A stretch of DNA of 64,000 nt from the IMG/VR virus record IMGVR_UViG_3300032116_000009. One strand, 5' to 3'. Origin of the DNA: a virus. Lineage: Duplodnaviria > Caudoviricetes. The notes beneath the pieces were generated by a model, which saw only the letters and a program-made list of their open reading frames with translations, did not search any database and had not been told where the DNA came from. Both the position numbers and the translations under genes were made by a program. Positions 1-7,939 of this stretch are shown piece by piece; position 1 is the first letter of the stretch; every line of letters begins with the position of its first letter.

Positions 1-609
1 AGGGTATTCATTCGTCTTCTCACGACCACTGTAGATGCGGTGGCAGTAGTCTTCTGCGTTCCATCCATAATCCTGGAAGTCTTTGAACATCTGTTCAACC
101 AGAGACGTTGTGGGGACAACTAGAAGAATCTTTTGATCTCTTTCTGCAAAGTATCTAACGATCGAATAGATCATCAATGACTTACCCGAAGCAGTTGGAG
201 AAATTAAAAGTTTACGATTATATCTAAGTGCATCATAAACTGCATCTACTTGATAGTCTCTGGGTTTATGCTTAGATATTCTAGTCATATAATCTCTTAC
301 ACCTTCATAAGAAATCATTTCATTTTCTTCTAAAGGAGTTCCGTAAAATTTATTGTTTTTAAATTCTACTTTGTAGTCCCACTTCTTAGCCCAAGAAACA
401 ACTTTATCAAGAAGACCGACATATATTTCCCCAGTATGGGTTGAAAAAAGACGAATCTTTCCATCCCAATACTTACTTCTATACTGGGGCATAAACTTAG
501 CCCCTGGTACATCAAAAGTAAAATGTTCCGAAAGTTCCTGATAGATATGTGGTTCCGCTTCTATTTTCAGGAATACTTCGTTCTTTTTCGCAATTACAAT
601 ATCAGTCAT
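1..609 (-). CDS. uvsW: UvsW RNA-DNA/DNA helicase (SF2), N-terminal part; 3' end runs off the window
   Basis: Not in the ORF track; translated by hand from ATG at 609: MTDIVIAKKNEVFLKIEAEPHIYQELSEHFTFDVPGAKFMPQYRSKYWDGKIRLF... It includes PRDYQVDAV and the Walker A motif SPTASGKS. Follows uvsY with an ATGACTGA overlap, as in T4-like phages. Confidence 0.95.
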   Translation of the reverse strand, partial: MTDIVIAKKNEVFLKIEAEPHIYQELSEHFTFDVPGAKFMPQYRSKYWDGKIRLFSTHTGEIYVGLLDKVVSWAKKWDYKVEFKNNKFYGTPLEENEMISYEGVRDYMTRISKHKPRDYQVDAVYDALRYNRKLLISPTASGKSLMIYSIVRYFAERDQKILLVVPTTSLVEQMFKDFQDYGWNAEDYCHRIYSGREKTNEYP

Positions 610-1030
610 ATCCTCTAATAAATTTCTGCCACTCAATTGCATTTTTGAGCTGATATGTTCTATTTAATATAGTTTTAAGAATGCTTTCCAGATAGTTGAG
701 CATCATTTGATAATACTCAATCTTTGTCTGACACTTGAGTAAGTCTTCGTCAGCATCCATGTACTTATCCAAATCTGGTTTAAGTACCTTATGATCAAAG
801 GGTTTTTCTACATAAACTTCTGGTTCAGCTTTACCAGTGTAGTATTGCCACTTTTCTTTTTTTAAGATCTTGTATTTGTTCTCTTGAGCTTTTTTAAGAG
901 TCAAGATATTATTAAAAATTTTATAATATTTTGCATGAAGACTTGGAATCTTTACCGATTCTGTGTGGAGGTTGTCTTCATCAATTTTAGAATCTTCTTC
1001 CCAAAGTGTTTGTATTTCATCCAGGTTCAT
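602..1030 (-). CDS. uvsY: UvsY recombination mediator protein
   Basis: MNLDEIQTLWEEDSKID...SVKIPSLHAKY...LKNAIEWQKF matches the UvsY pattern and lies between gene 3 and uvsW. Start moved from the track position (1054) to the ATG at 1030, which overlaps the gp3 stop. Confidence 0.9.
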   Translation of the reverse strand: MNLDEIQTLWEEDSKIDEDNLHTESVKIPSLHAKYYKIFNNILTLKKAQENKYKILKKEKWQYYTGKAEPEVYVEKPFDHKVLKPDLDKYMDADEDLLKCQTKIEYYQMMLNYLESILKTILNRTYQLKNAIEWQKFIRGYD

Positions 1031-1556
1031 AAGGCAAAATCTTATAAAGAACATACTTAAAGGTTACTGTCGCCACTGCATATTGCACATCGGCTTGAGT
1101 TGCATCAAAGTCAATTTCTGATAAGGAAGTCGGAAACATTCCTTGAAATTTTACTAGAGTTGATGGTTGGAAATTACTATTGTAGACAATCAAAGTTCCA
1201 TCTGATGTATTTGGATCTTGGCCTGGATTAGTGGGATCACTATTTTTCCATTCCGTGTATTCATAAACACTTTCTGGATACCCAAGTCCTCTCATCCAAT
1301 TTTGAACTGTATTATAATTTTCTAGATTTTCATCAATATTAAATGTTAATCTAAAATCATCAAAAATAAGTTTATCTCCAGGAATGGGGATATCTTTTAG
1401 ATAAGTTGGTTGGATGGCAACTCCAAGATTTAATCCTGGAATATTTGCTGATTTTGAAAAGAAATCAACTTTAGGAGTCCTTACAAGGTTAAATTTAAAC
1501 CCTAATGGACTAAGAAAATTTCTATTTGCAATTTGTCTATCAAAAGCACCAGACAT
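1017..1556 (-). CDS. 3: Tail completion / sheath stabilizer protein gp3
   Basis: NRNFLSPLGFKF...FFSKSANIPGLNLG...IPIPGDKLIFDDFRLTFNIDENLENY, tail-tube-like fold; position downstream of gp23. Confidence 0.9.
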   Translation of the reverse strand: MSGAFDRQIANRNFLSPLGFKFNLVRTPKVDFFSKSANIPGLNLGVAIQPTYLKDIPIPGDKLIFDDFRLTFNIDENLENYNTVQNWMRGLGYPESVYEYTEWKNSDPTNPGQDPNTSDGTLIVYNSNFQPSTLVKFQGMFPTSLSEIDFDATQADVQYAVATVTFKYVLYKILPYEPG

Positions 1557-1568
1557 TGTTTTTATTTT

Positions 1569-1576
1569 TATTTATT
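1569..1576 (-). promoter_or_regulatory. T4-type late promoter -10 box (AATAAATA) upstream of gene 3
   Basis: Plus strand TATTTATT in the short intergenic region between the gp23 terminator and the gp3 start. Confidence 0.6.
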
Positions 1577-1582
1577 TCCAAT

Positions 1583-1604
1583 AAAAAAGGGTCCTTTCGG
1601 ACCC
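1583..1604 (-). terminator. Intrinsic terminator after gp23
   Basis: Minus strand GGGTCC-GAAA-GGACCC followed by TTTTTT: perfect 6-bp GC-rich stem, GNRA loop and U tract. Confidence 0.9.
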
Positions 1605-1630
1605 CTGAATCTGAAGAGTTGTGAAATGAA

Positions 1631-3025
1631 TCACATGAGGTTGGAAACCTTGACTCTTCTGTAGTAACGGTTTGCATTGAGGCGGAGTCTTCCGAGTCCC
1701 TGATCGGTTCCTTCTGCAAATGGGTTGGCAACAATACCATAACGGGTCTTGAAGCCAATTTTTGGTTGGAAGGTGTCCTGACCGACGGCACGAACCATCT
1801 GGAGAGGAACATATGGGCAGTAGAAGATACCAGCATCATATGCGCTAGAACCCTTATAACCTACAACGTAGTACTGATCAGCAGCAACGTTAGCAGCATA
1901 TGGGTCAATGTATACACGATACTTACCTTGGAGAACACCAGCGAAGGTGTTACCAGTGTCATCAACGTTAAGGTTAGCGTTGAGTGCAGGGGTGTAATCA
2001 AGTACACCGGCCATGGTTAGTGCGGAAGCAACGTCTGCAGAACAGATGATGGTGTTGCCCTTTCCTCTACGAGTTCTTTGTGCGATTGCGTTAGCATCAC
2101 GCTCGATTTGGAAGAGTAGACCCTTGAACTTCTCAACGGACCAACGACCATTAGAGTCAACGTCAAGGTCGAATACACCAGCAGTAGCGGTGTTAACAGC
2201 AGCACCTTGCTCAGCAACCTTATAGATGGTTCTGATAACTTCTCTGTTGATTTCTGCGAGGATCTCAGTGGAGAGAATGTTAGCAAGTTCTGCTTCTGCA
2301 TTTAGACCATGAATTGCCTTGAGGTCTTGAGCGAGTTCTAGTGAATACTCAGCCTTGAGGGCGCGTGACTTAGCAGTTACGGTTACCTTCTCGATGCTGA
2401 ATGCCATCTGGTTGAAGGCATTAGCAGCAGCATCTCCAAGAGCTTCTGATTCACCAGTCGCCATACCCTGACCAACGTTGTATGGAGATGGGTTGGTTGT
2501 TGCGGTTCCAACTGGATTGAGAACGTTAGGATTGGTTCCATCCTGGTTGGTTGTACCGAAACCAACTAGACCATCGGAGAATCCGCTGGAAAGGTTGCGG
2601 CTGTTGTTCTGACCAGAGAAGGTGGTATCTACTTCATCGAAGAAGGTCTCAGTACCAGACTGGTTATCGTAGCGGGAACGCATTGCGAAGATGAGTCCAG
2701 TAGGACCACTCATTGGTTGAACGCCACAGATGTCATAAGCGATGAGGTTAGGCATCGAACGACGAATGAGGCTGATTAGAACTGGATCGAAACCAGCAAC
2801 TGGACCACCAGCAGTAGCACCACCACTAAATCCACCGGTACCGGCAGAGTTAACTGGGGAAGCTTCGCCGAGGAACTCAGCAGACTCACGGAGTTCTCTC
2901 TCTTGGTTCTCGAGCATTTGTGCAGTTACTGCACGTCTGTGGGAATCTTTGATTTCTCCTAGACCGTCGAAGTCTAGAACTGGAGCCCACTTCTCCATTA
3001 ACATTTGTGAATTAATTCCGTCCAT
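1631..3025 (-). CDS. 23: Major capsid protein gp23
   Basis: EKWAPVL...LENQ, FDPVLISLIRRSMPNLIAYDICGVQPMSGPTGLIFAMR, AKSRALKAEYSLELAQDLKAIHGLNAEAELANILSTEILAEINRE, FQPKIGFKTRYG. Probable maturation site FLGE|ASP. Confidence 0.99.
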   Translation of the reverse strand: MDGINSQMLMEKWAPVLDFDGLGEIKDSHRRAVTAQMLENQERELRESAEFLGEASPVNSAGTGGFSGGATAGGPVAGFDPVLISLIRRSMPNLIAYDICGVQPMSGPTGLIFAMRSRYDNQSGTETFFDEVDTTFSGQNNSRNLSSGFSDGLVGFGTTNQDGTNPNVLNPVGTATTNPSPYNVGQGMATGESEALGDAAANAFNQMAFSIEKVTVTAKSRALKAEYSLELAQDLKAIHGLNAEAELANILSTEILAEINREVIRTIYKVAEQGAAVNTATAGVFDLDVDSNGRWSVEKFKGLLFQIERDANAIAQRTRRGKGNTIICSADVASALTMAGVLDYTPALNANLNVDDTGNTFAGVLQGKYRVYIDPYAANVAADQYYVVGYKGSSAYDAGIFYCPYVPLQMVRAVGQDTFQPKIGFKTRYGIVANPFAEGTDQGLGRLRLNANRYYRRVKVSNLM

Positions 3026-3085
3026 TTGTTTTTAATACCTCTGTTAAAAGTGTTGTTGAACTGCGGTTTGAGTATTATCTAAAAA

Positions 3086-4261
3086 TCACTTTTTAGCAAC
3101 GTTGGAAAGCGCACGCAAATAAGCGTCCATAGAAGGTGAATGAGTCACCTCTTGGAAATTCGCTTCTTCTGATAGATTTTCCGTCTCGTTTGCTGGAATA
3201 CCAGCATTTCTTGGGAAATAAGACTCCCTAAGAGTTACCAGTTTCTGGTAATAGTCATCTTCACTCTCAAACTCAACACTTTCTACGAGGCTTGCAAGCT
3301 TATCCTTTTGGGAAAGAGCGAGACCCTCGGAAACCTGATTGAAAATGCTGTCAGCAGCAGATTCTGCAAGTTTCTTGTTAAGAGCAATATTTCTTTGAAT
3401 TTGCTCGTTGAGTTTTGTCTCCATTTCATCAAGTTTTTCTACCATGCTCTCTAGAACATCATATTTCTCTTCAGGCATTGATACATAATGTGCTTCAAAA
3501 AGTCCCTTCATACCATTGATGAAGGACTCGGTGATCTCAGTTTTGAGACCACTTTCAACTGCGAGAGCATTTTCTTCTAACCATTCGGATGCAACATACT
3601 CTAGGTATGAATCAACACGCTCGGTTAGTTCTAGTTTAATTTCTTCAACCTCTTCTGCAAGAGCAGTAGCATAGTGCTCTTCCATTACTGATTGAATTTC
3701 TTTTGTTTTGGCGTGAAGGGCAGCTTCAAATACAAGCTTTGCCTTTTCTTTAAACTCTTCGGAGAGTTCTTCTTCGCCAGATAGGAGAGCATTTACATCC
3801 TCTTCAATGATAGAATCTACATCTTCTTCTACCACTTCTTCAGCACCCTCTTCAGATTCTTCTGTTGCTTCTGTTTCTTCTTCAGTCGCTTCAGTTTCTT
3901 CTTCTTCAACTAGATCCTCATCTTCTTCTACTTCTTCCTTCATTCCACCACCTTGACCTGGTGTTGAAACAGGAGTTGCAGAAGTTTGAGGAGCTTCAGC
4001 TGCAGCAGCTTTAGCATTGACAACATCTTTAACTTGCTTCAGGGTTGCACCTGGAGTTTTTAAAGTATTTGAGTTGTCATCTGGACGACTGTTTTCTGGG
4101 GTTGGACCGCCAAGATCTTCCCAAGCACCAGTTTGTCCAGGAGTTGCAACAGGGGTTGCACTCTTGTGTGGTGCTTCTGCTGCAGCTGCATTAGCGTTTA
4201 CAGCAGTTTTGGATTGTGAAGTGCCGGTTTCCATTTCTTGTAAATTCTTACCACGGGACAT
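3086..4261 (-). CDS. 22: Prohead core scaffold protein gp22
   Basis: Very acidic centre, ELSEEFKEKAKLVFEAA, VDSYLEYVASEWLEENALAVESGLKTEITESF; located between gp21 and gp23. Confidence 0.95.
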   Translation of the reverse strand: MSRGKNLQEMETGTSQSKTAVNANAAAAEAPHKSATPVATPGQTGAWEDLGGPTPENSRPDDNSNTLKTPGATLKQVKDVVNAKAAAAEAPQTSATPVSTPGQGGGMKEEVEEDEDLVEEEETEATEEETEATEESEEGAEEVVEEDVDSIIEEDVNALLSGEEELSEEFKEKAKLVFEAALHAKTKEIQSVMEEHYATALAEEVEEIKLELTERVDSYLEYVASEWLEENALAVESGLKTEITESFINGMKGLFEAHYVSMPEEKYDVLESMVEKLDEMETKLNEQIQRNIALNKKLAESAADSIFNQVSEGLALSQKDKLASLVESVEFESEDDYYQKLVTLRESYFPRNAGIPANETENLSEEANFQEVTHSPSMDAYLRALSNVAKK

Positions 4262-4296
4262 TTGTACTCTCCGATTACCTTTGTATAATCTGTATT

Positions 4297-4304
4297 TATT
4301 TATA
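4297..4304 (-). promoter_or_regulatory. Late promoter, perfect TATAAATA, upstream of gene 22
   Basis: Minus strand TTATAAATAAATAC directly after the gp21 stop; exact T4 gp55 (sigma) consensus. Confidence 0.85.
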
Positions 4305-4306
4305 AT

Positions 4307-4957
4307 TTATAGATTTGATAAAAACTCATTAAACAGATTTAACTTCTGTTCATCAAGTCTTCTTTGATCAACAAGAGTATTAATTCTCTTTTGAGTTTTT
4401 GAAACGAGTTGTTCACGAAGGATTCCACCTTCCCAAACCCACTCTTTTCCTTCCATGATTCCAGAAACAAAAGCATCTGGAGCAGAAGGATCAGCGACGA
4501 TATCAGCTGCAGTAGCAAGCATAAAATCTTCACCAACTACTTTGTGACCTTCACTAGTTGTTTGGAGTGAACCAACACCACGAGAAGAAACGCCAAGCAT
4601 TACACCTTCATCAAGAAGTGAGGATGCAATTTTTCCCATTGGAGTATTCAAAATTTGTGCTTTACCGATAAAATTATTTCCCTCTTGAGTGAGAGAAGTG
4701 ATTTTATGTGAAACACGATCAAGGTTTACAGTAGGACCATCGGGGTGTCCGAGTTCTCCTAAAGCGCGACCTTTAGATACAAACTGTTCATTATAACGAT
4801 CAACCTCACGAGAGAGAACAGTGATGGGATACATTCTCCCATTACGGTTTTTAATTTCTCCTTGGAGAAATACTCCTTCAATATAAAGTTTTTTATTATC
4901 ACCTTTTCCTTCAGTGATAATTTTTACATTCGTTACTTCTTCGGTAATTAGTTTCAT
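4307..4957 (-). CDS. 21: Prohead core protease gp21
   Basis: LYIEGVFLQGEIKNRNGRMYP, ALGELGHPDGP, LDRVSH, GVSSRGVGS, DIVADPSAPDAFV. Confidence 0.98.
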   Translation of the reverse strand: MKLITEEVTNVKIITEGKGDNKKLYIEGVFLQGEIKNRNGRMYPITVLSREVDRYNEQFVSKGRALGELGHPDGPTVNLDRVSHKITSLTQEGNNFIGKAQILNTPMGKIASSLLDEGVMLGVSSRGVGSLQTTSEGHKVVGEDFMLATAADIVADPSAPDAFVSGIMEGKEWVWEGGILREQLVSKTQKRINTLVDQRRLDEQKLNLFNEFLSNL

Positions 4958-4962
4958 GGTTC

Positions 4963-5232
4963 TTAGTTGGTAAGTCCTACTTTGGCAGCTTTCACAGACG
5001 CAGAAGATGCAAAAATTACATCCGTTGCAGCTTTTTGAAGAAATTCAACATCACCTGTAGCCATTGTGAATGAATTGGTTGTTGCAGCTCCAACAGCAGT
5101 TGAAATACTTACCGTAGCTGCAGCACCAGAACCATTGTATAATCTTACGCAAGTTGCTTCACTAATACTGGAAGCAGCGCCTGCAGTTGTTGGCATTGCA
5201 ACTTCTGTTGCAATTATTTTTGTTCTTTGCAT
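4963..5232 (-). CDS. Small hypothetical protein (89 aa, beta-rich) between portal and protease genes
   Basis: Clean ORF with its own upstream ATAAATA box (5258-5264); Ala/Thr/Ser-rich. Confidence 0.75.
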   Translation of the reverse strand: MQRTKIIATEVAMPTTAGAASSISEATCVRLYNGSGAAATVSISTAVGAATTNSFTMATGDVEFLQKAATDVIFASSASVKAAKVGLTN

Positions 5233-5263
5233 CGTTATAATAAAGTCCTATAATAGTTATTTA

Positions 5264-5458
5264 TTATTCTGCATCTTCCTCTGCAACTTCATCATCACTT
5301 TCTTCCACATTTTCTTCATTTCCGAAAACTGATGCAGCAACCGCAGGTCTAATAATATCAATATTTTCTGCTGATTTTTGCATTAAAATCTCTTTAATTC
5401 TGTCGCTGATATCTGATGGGGATTGGTCAGCAACAATCATGTCAATTAAATCATCCAT
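5264..5458 (-). CDS. Small acidic protein, probable gp67-like prohead core protein
   Basis: Directly after gp20 where T4 has gene 67; MDDLIDMI... amphipathic helix plus acidic tail (EENVEESDDEVAEEDAE); upstream ATAAATA at 5486-5492. Confidence 0.6.
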   Translation of the reverse strand: MDDLIDMIVADQSPSDISDRIKEILMQKSAENIDIIRPAVAASVFGNEENVEESDDEVAEEDAE

Positions 5459-5491
5459 TTGTTTTAATTCAATGTTTATTTAAGGTATTTA

Positions 5492-7195
5492 TTAGATCCT
5501 ACCACCCTTAGGCATAGTGGCTTTAGGAGCTTCTTCTGTTGGTTGCATCTCAACAGAAGCAGTTGAAGCTTCTGGTGAAACTGGAACTTCGCCCATAGAT
5601 CCTTGATCAATAGGTGGTTGTTCCCCAACAGGAAGTCCAGTTGTAGGATCTACATCGGGTGGAATAATTCCTTTTTCTTTCTCTTTTACTATTTGTTCAT
5701 CAATTTCTACAATTTCAGAATCAGTTTGTTTGAGAATAACTCTTCTGACATAATCTACAGAAAAATATTTCCCAACGTATGGTTCAGCAACTGCAAGAAC
5801 ATTGAGTCTGTTTTGAATCAATTCTGCTTCTTTTAGTTCTGCAAAGTGATTGTCATAAACATAATCGAATTGAATGTGATCGGAAAGAATTTTCCAGTCT
5901 TCTGGAGTTACAATATTTTTGAGGATAAGTTGAGTCTTTAACATATCCATGAATAGTTGAGAAAATCTCTTTCTCATTCTTCCGACGAACTTAGTAAATT
6001 TAATTTCGTCTCTTAAAATCTCTGAAGATCTGCCTAGGTTGAATCCACCTGTTCCACCCAAACGAGACTCTGGAACACCAAGAGCTCTATAAAGTTTCTT
6101 CTGGAAATATTCAATATCAGCAAGTTCTCCAAGGTTTTGCCCACCTGGAAGAGTAGAGATTTCAGTTCCTCTACCACCTTCACGGCGAGGGAGCCAGAAA
6201 TCTTCTAGCATTGCCATCATTCTTTTATCATCACGAATTTCTCCAGTATTGGCGTCATAAACTAACTTATTGCGATAGCGAGTCATGACATCACGGAGAT
6301 ATTGTTCCGCTTTAATTTTTGGTAGATTGCCAACATCAATATAAAAGATACGACGTTCTGGAGCACGAGACAATCTGTATATAACAAGAGAGTCTTCAAT
6401 CATTCTTAATTGATTGAGAGCTTTGATTGCTTTGTGTAGGTATGAAAGAACAACTTGTTTATTCCTATCTACAAGACCGGAATGTACATATGTGATTGAA
6501 TCTTTAGAAATTCTTGCAGCGCCACCTACACCACTCTTAAAAGTACTTGTTCTTTGACCACCCCTAGTATTTGGATCATATTCATAAAATTCTTCCACTT
6601 CGGGAGTGCTCATACTAACGTTCCCTGATTTACCATCAGTAACCATAAAAGATGGATTCAAAACATGTTTTCCATCTCTTTTAATTTTTCTTACAAGTTT
6701 AATTTTTGTAGGATCAATATATCTTACTTCTTTAATTCCTTCTTGTGGTTTTTCTAAATCTATAACTTTATGATAATAAATTCTACCGTCTACGTACCAA
6801 TTTCTTAGAATCTCATGACATCTTTTATCAAAATCTAAAATTTCTTTAATATAGATAAACTCATCTCTAATAATTTTTTTGAGTTTATCTGAAGCGGGTA
6901 CATTCGATAAGTCTATTTGTACTGGAGAATCATTTTGATCAGATACTATTGCTTCATTTATAACGTCTTCTATAGCTCCATCCACCTCTGGATGTAAAGC
7001 CATTTCACGATATCTTTTAATTAAATCATATTCTGATTTATAAACTCCTTCAATGTCAACATATTGTCCATAAAATCCACTAGACACATAAAAGTCCGAA
7101 GAATCTTCTTGATTCTCCGGAACAGGAGAGACGATAGACTTTTTAGATCTATCGTCCTCCGAATCTTGGATTTTAAAACCAAATAATTTAGGCAT
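5492..7195 (-). CDS. 20: Portal vertex protein gp20
   Basis: LIKRYREMALHPEVDGAIEDV, WYVDGRIYYHK, LRMIEDSLVIYRLSRAPERRIFYIDVGNLPKIKAEQYL, MLEDFWLPRREGGRGTEISTLPGGQNLGE. Confidence 0.99.
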   Translation of the reverse strand: MPKLFGFKIQDSEDDRSKKSIVSPVPENQEDSSDFYVSSGFYGQYVDIEGVYKSEYDLIKRYREMALHPEVDGAIEDVINEAIVSDQNDSPVQIDLSNVPASDKLKKIIRDEFIYIKEILDFDKRCHEILRNWYVDGRIYYHKVIDLEKPQEGIKEVRYIDPTKIKLVRKIKRDGKHVLNPSFMVTDGKSGNVSMSTPEVEEFYEYDPNTRGGQRTSTFKSGVGGAARISKDSITYVHSGLVDRNKQVVLSYLHKAIKALNQLRMIEDSLVIYRLSRAPERRIFYIDVGNLPKIKAEQYLRDVMTRYRNKLVYDANTGEIRDDKRMMAMLEDFWLPRREGGRGTEISTLPGGQNLGELADIEYFQKKLYRALGVPESRLGGTGGFNLGRSSEILRDEIKFTKFVGRMRKRFSQLFMDMLKTQLILKNIVTPEDWKILSDHIQFDYVYDNHFAELKEAELIQNRLNVLAVAEPYVGKYFSVDYVRRVILKQTDSEIVEIDEQIVKEKEKGIIPPDVDPTTGLPVGEQPPIDQGSMGEVPVSPEASTASVEMQPTEEAPKATMPKGGRI

Positions 7196-7226
7196 TATTC
7201 AAGGGTGAACTAGTTTCTACTATTTA

Positions 7227-7898
7227 TTAGAGTTCCGCAGTTGGGGTCTCAGTAGTAGATAATTGTGAAGCTCCACCATTATCGAGAGCATCCCACCACT
7301 GAACTTGTAAATCTACAGTAAATTCTTCGATTGTATCAGCAGAATCATAGGAAAGGTCAATCGCACTTACTGAAGTTGGGAATATTCCGTAGAACTTATA
7401 AGCCTTTAGAACAGGTAATGTCGTTCCAATTGTAATTGCAGGATCAGCAACGTTTCCAGTAGCATTTTGGATAGAAGCTCTTCCAAACTGCTTTACTATA
7501 GCATCTCTTTGATACTGTGCTGGATTAATTAAACCAGAGTTATCATCATGTTTGTTGATTGCATTCATCCACTTTTCAAATGTTGTTCTTAATTTAAAAT
7601 CAACATCGTTAATTATTGTAATAGTCCACACATCAAAGGTTCTATCTCCAGCTATCTTTAAATTTCTTCCTCTAAAAGGAACTTCAATTACTCCAACATT
7701 TGAAGCTGGCAAGTTAGCTGCCTTGATCATAAATCTAGATAACTCTGAGATAGTAGTGTCATTACCAGTAGCGAATGTGGGAAAACCAAGTTCTACTTCA
7801 AATAGATTTGGTCTAGCACCACCACCAATTAGTTTTGATTTAAAATCTTCTAGAGTTCTTTGTTGAAAGGTTGATGTATTTGAAAATTGTGCAGCCAT
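7227..7898 (-). CDS. 19: Tail tube protein gp19
   Basis: GGGARPNLFEV, KAANLPAS, EVPFRGRNLKIAGDRTFDVWTITIIND, IEEFTVDLQVQWW. Confidence 0.98.
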   Translation of the reverse strand: MAAQFSNTSTFQQRTLEDFKSKLIGGGARPNLFEVELGFPTFATGNDTTISELSRFMIKAANLPASNVGVIEVPFRGRNLKIAGDRTFDVWTITIINDVDFKLRTTFEKWMNAINKHDDNSGLINPAQYQRDAIVKQFGRASIQNATGNVADPAITIGTTLPVLKAYKFYGIFPTSVSAIDLSYDSADTIEEFTVDLQVQWWDALDNGGASQLSTTETPTAEL

Positions 7899-7939
7899 TG
7901 TTTTTACCTCGGTAGGGATTGATGTTTTATCTTAAAGAA

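Noticed and set aside
1540-2565. Alternate-frame minus-strand ORFs overlapping gp23 (99, 94 and 60 aa)
   Set aside because: They lie mostly or wholly inside a highly conserved capsid gene; Ser/Leu-rich off-frame composition; the 99-aa ORF would read through the terminator hairpin.
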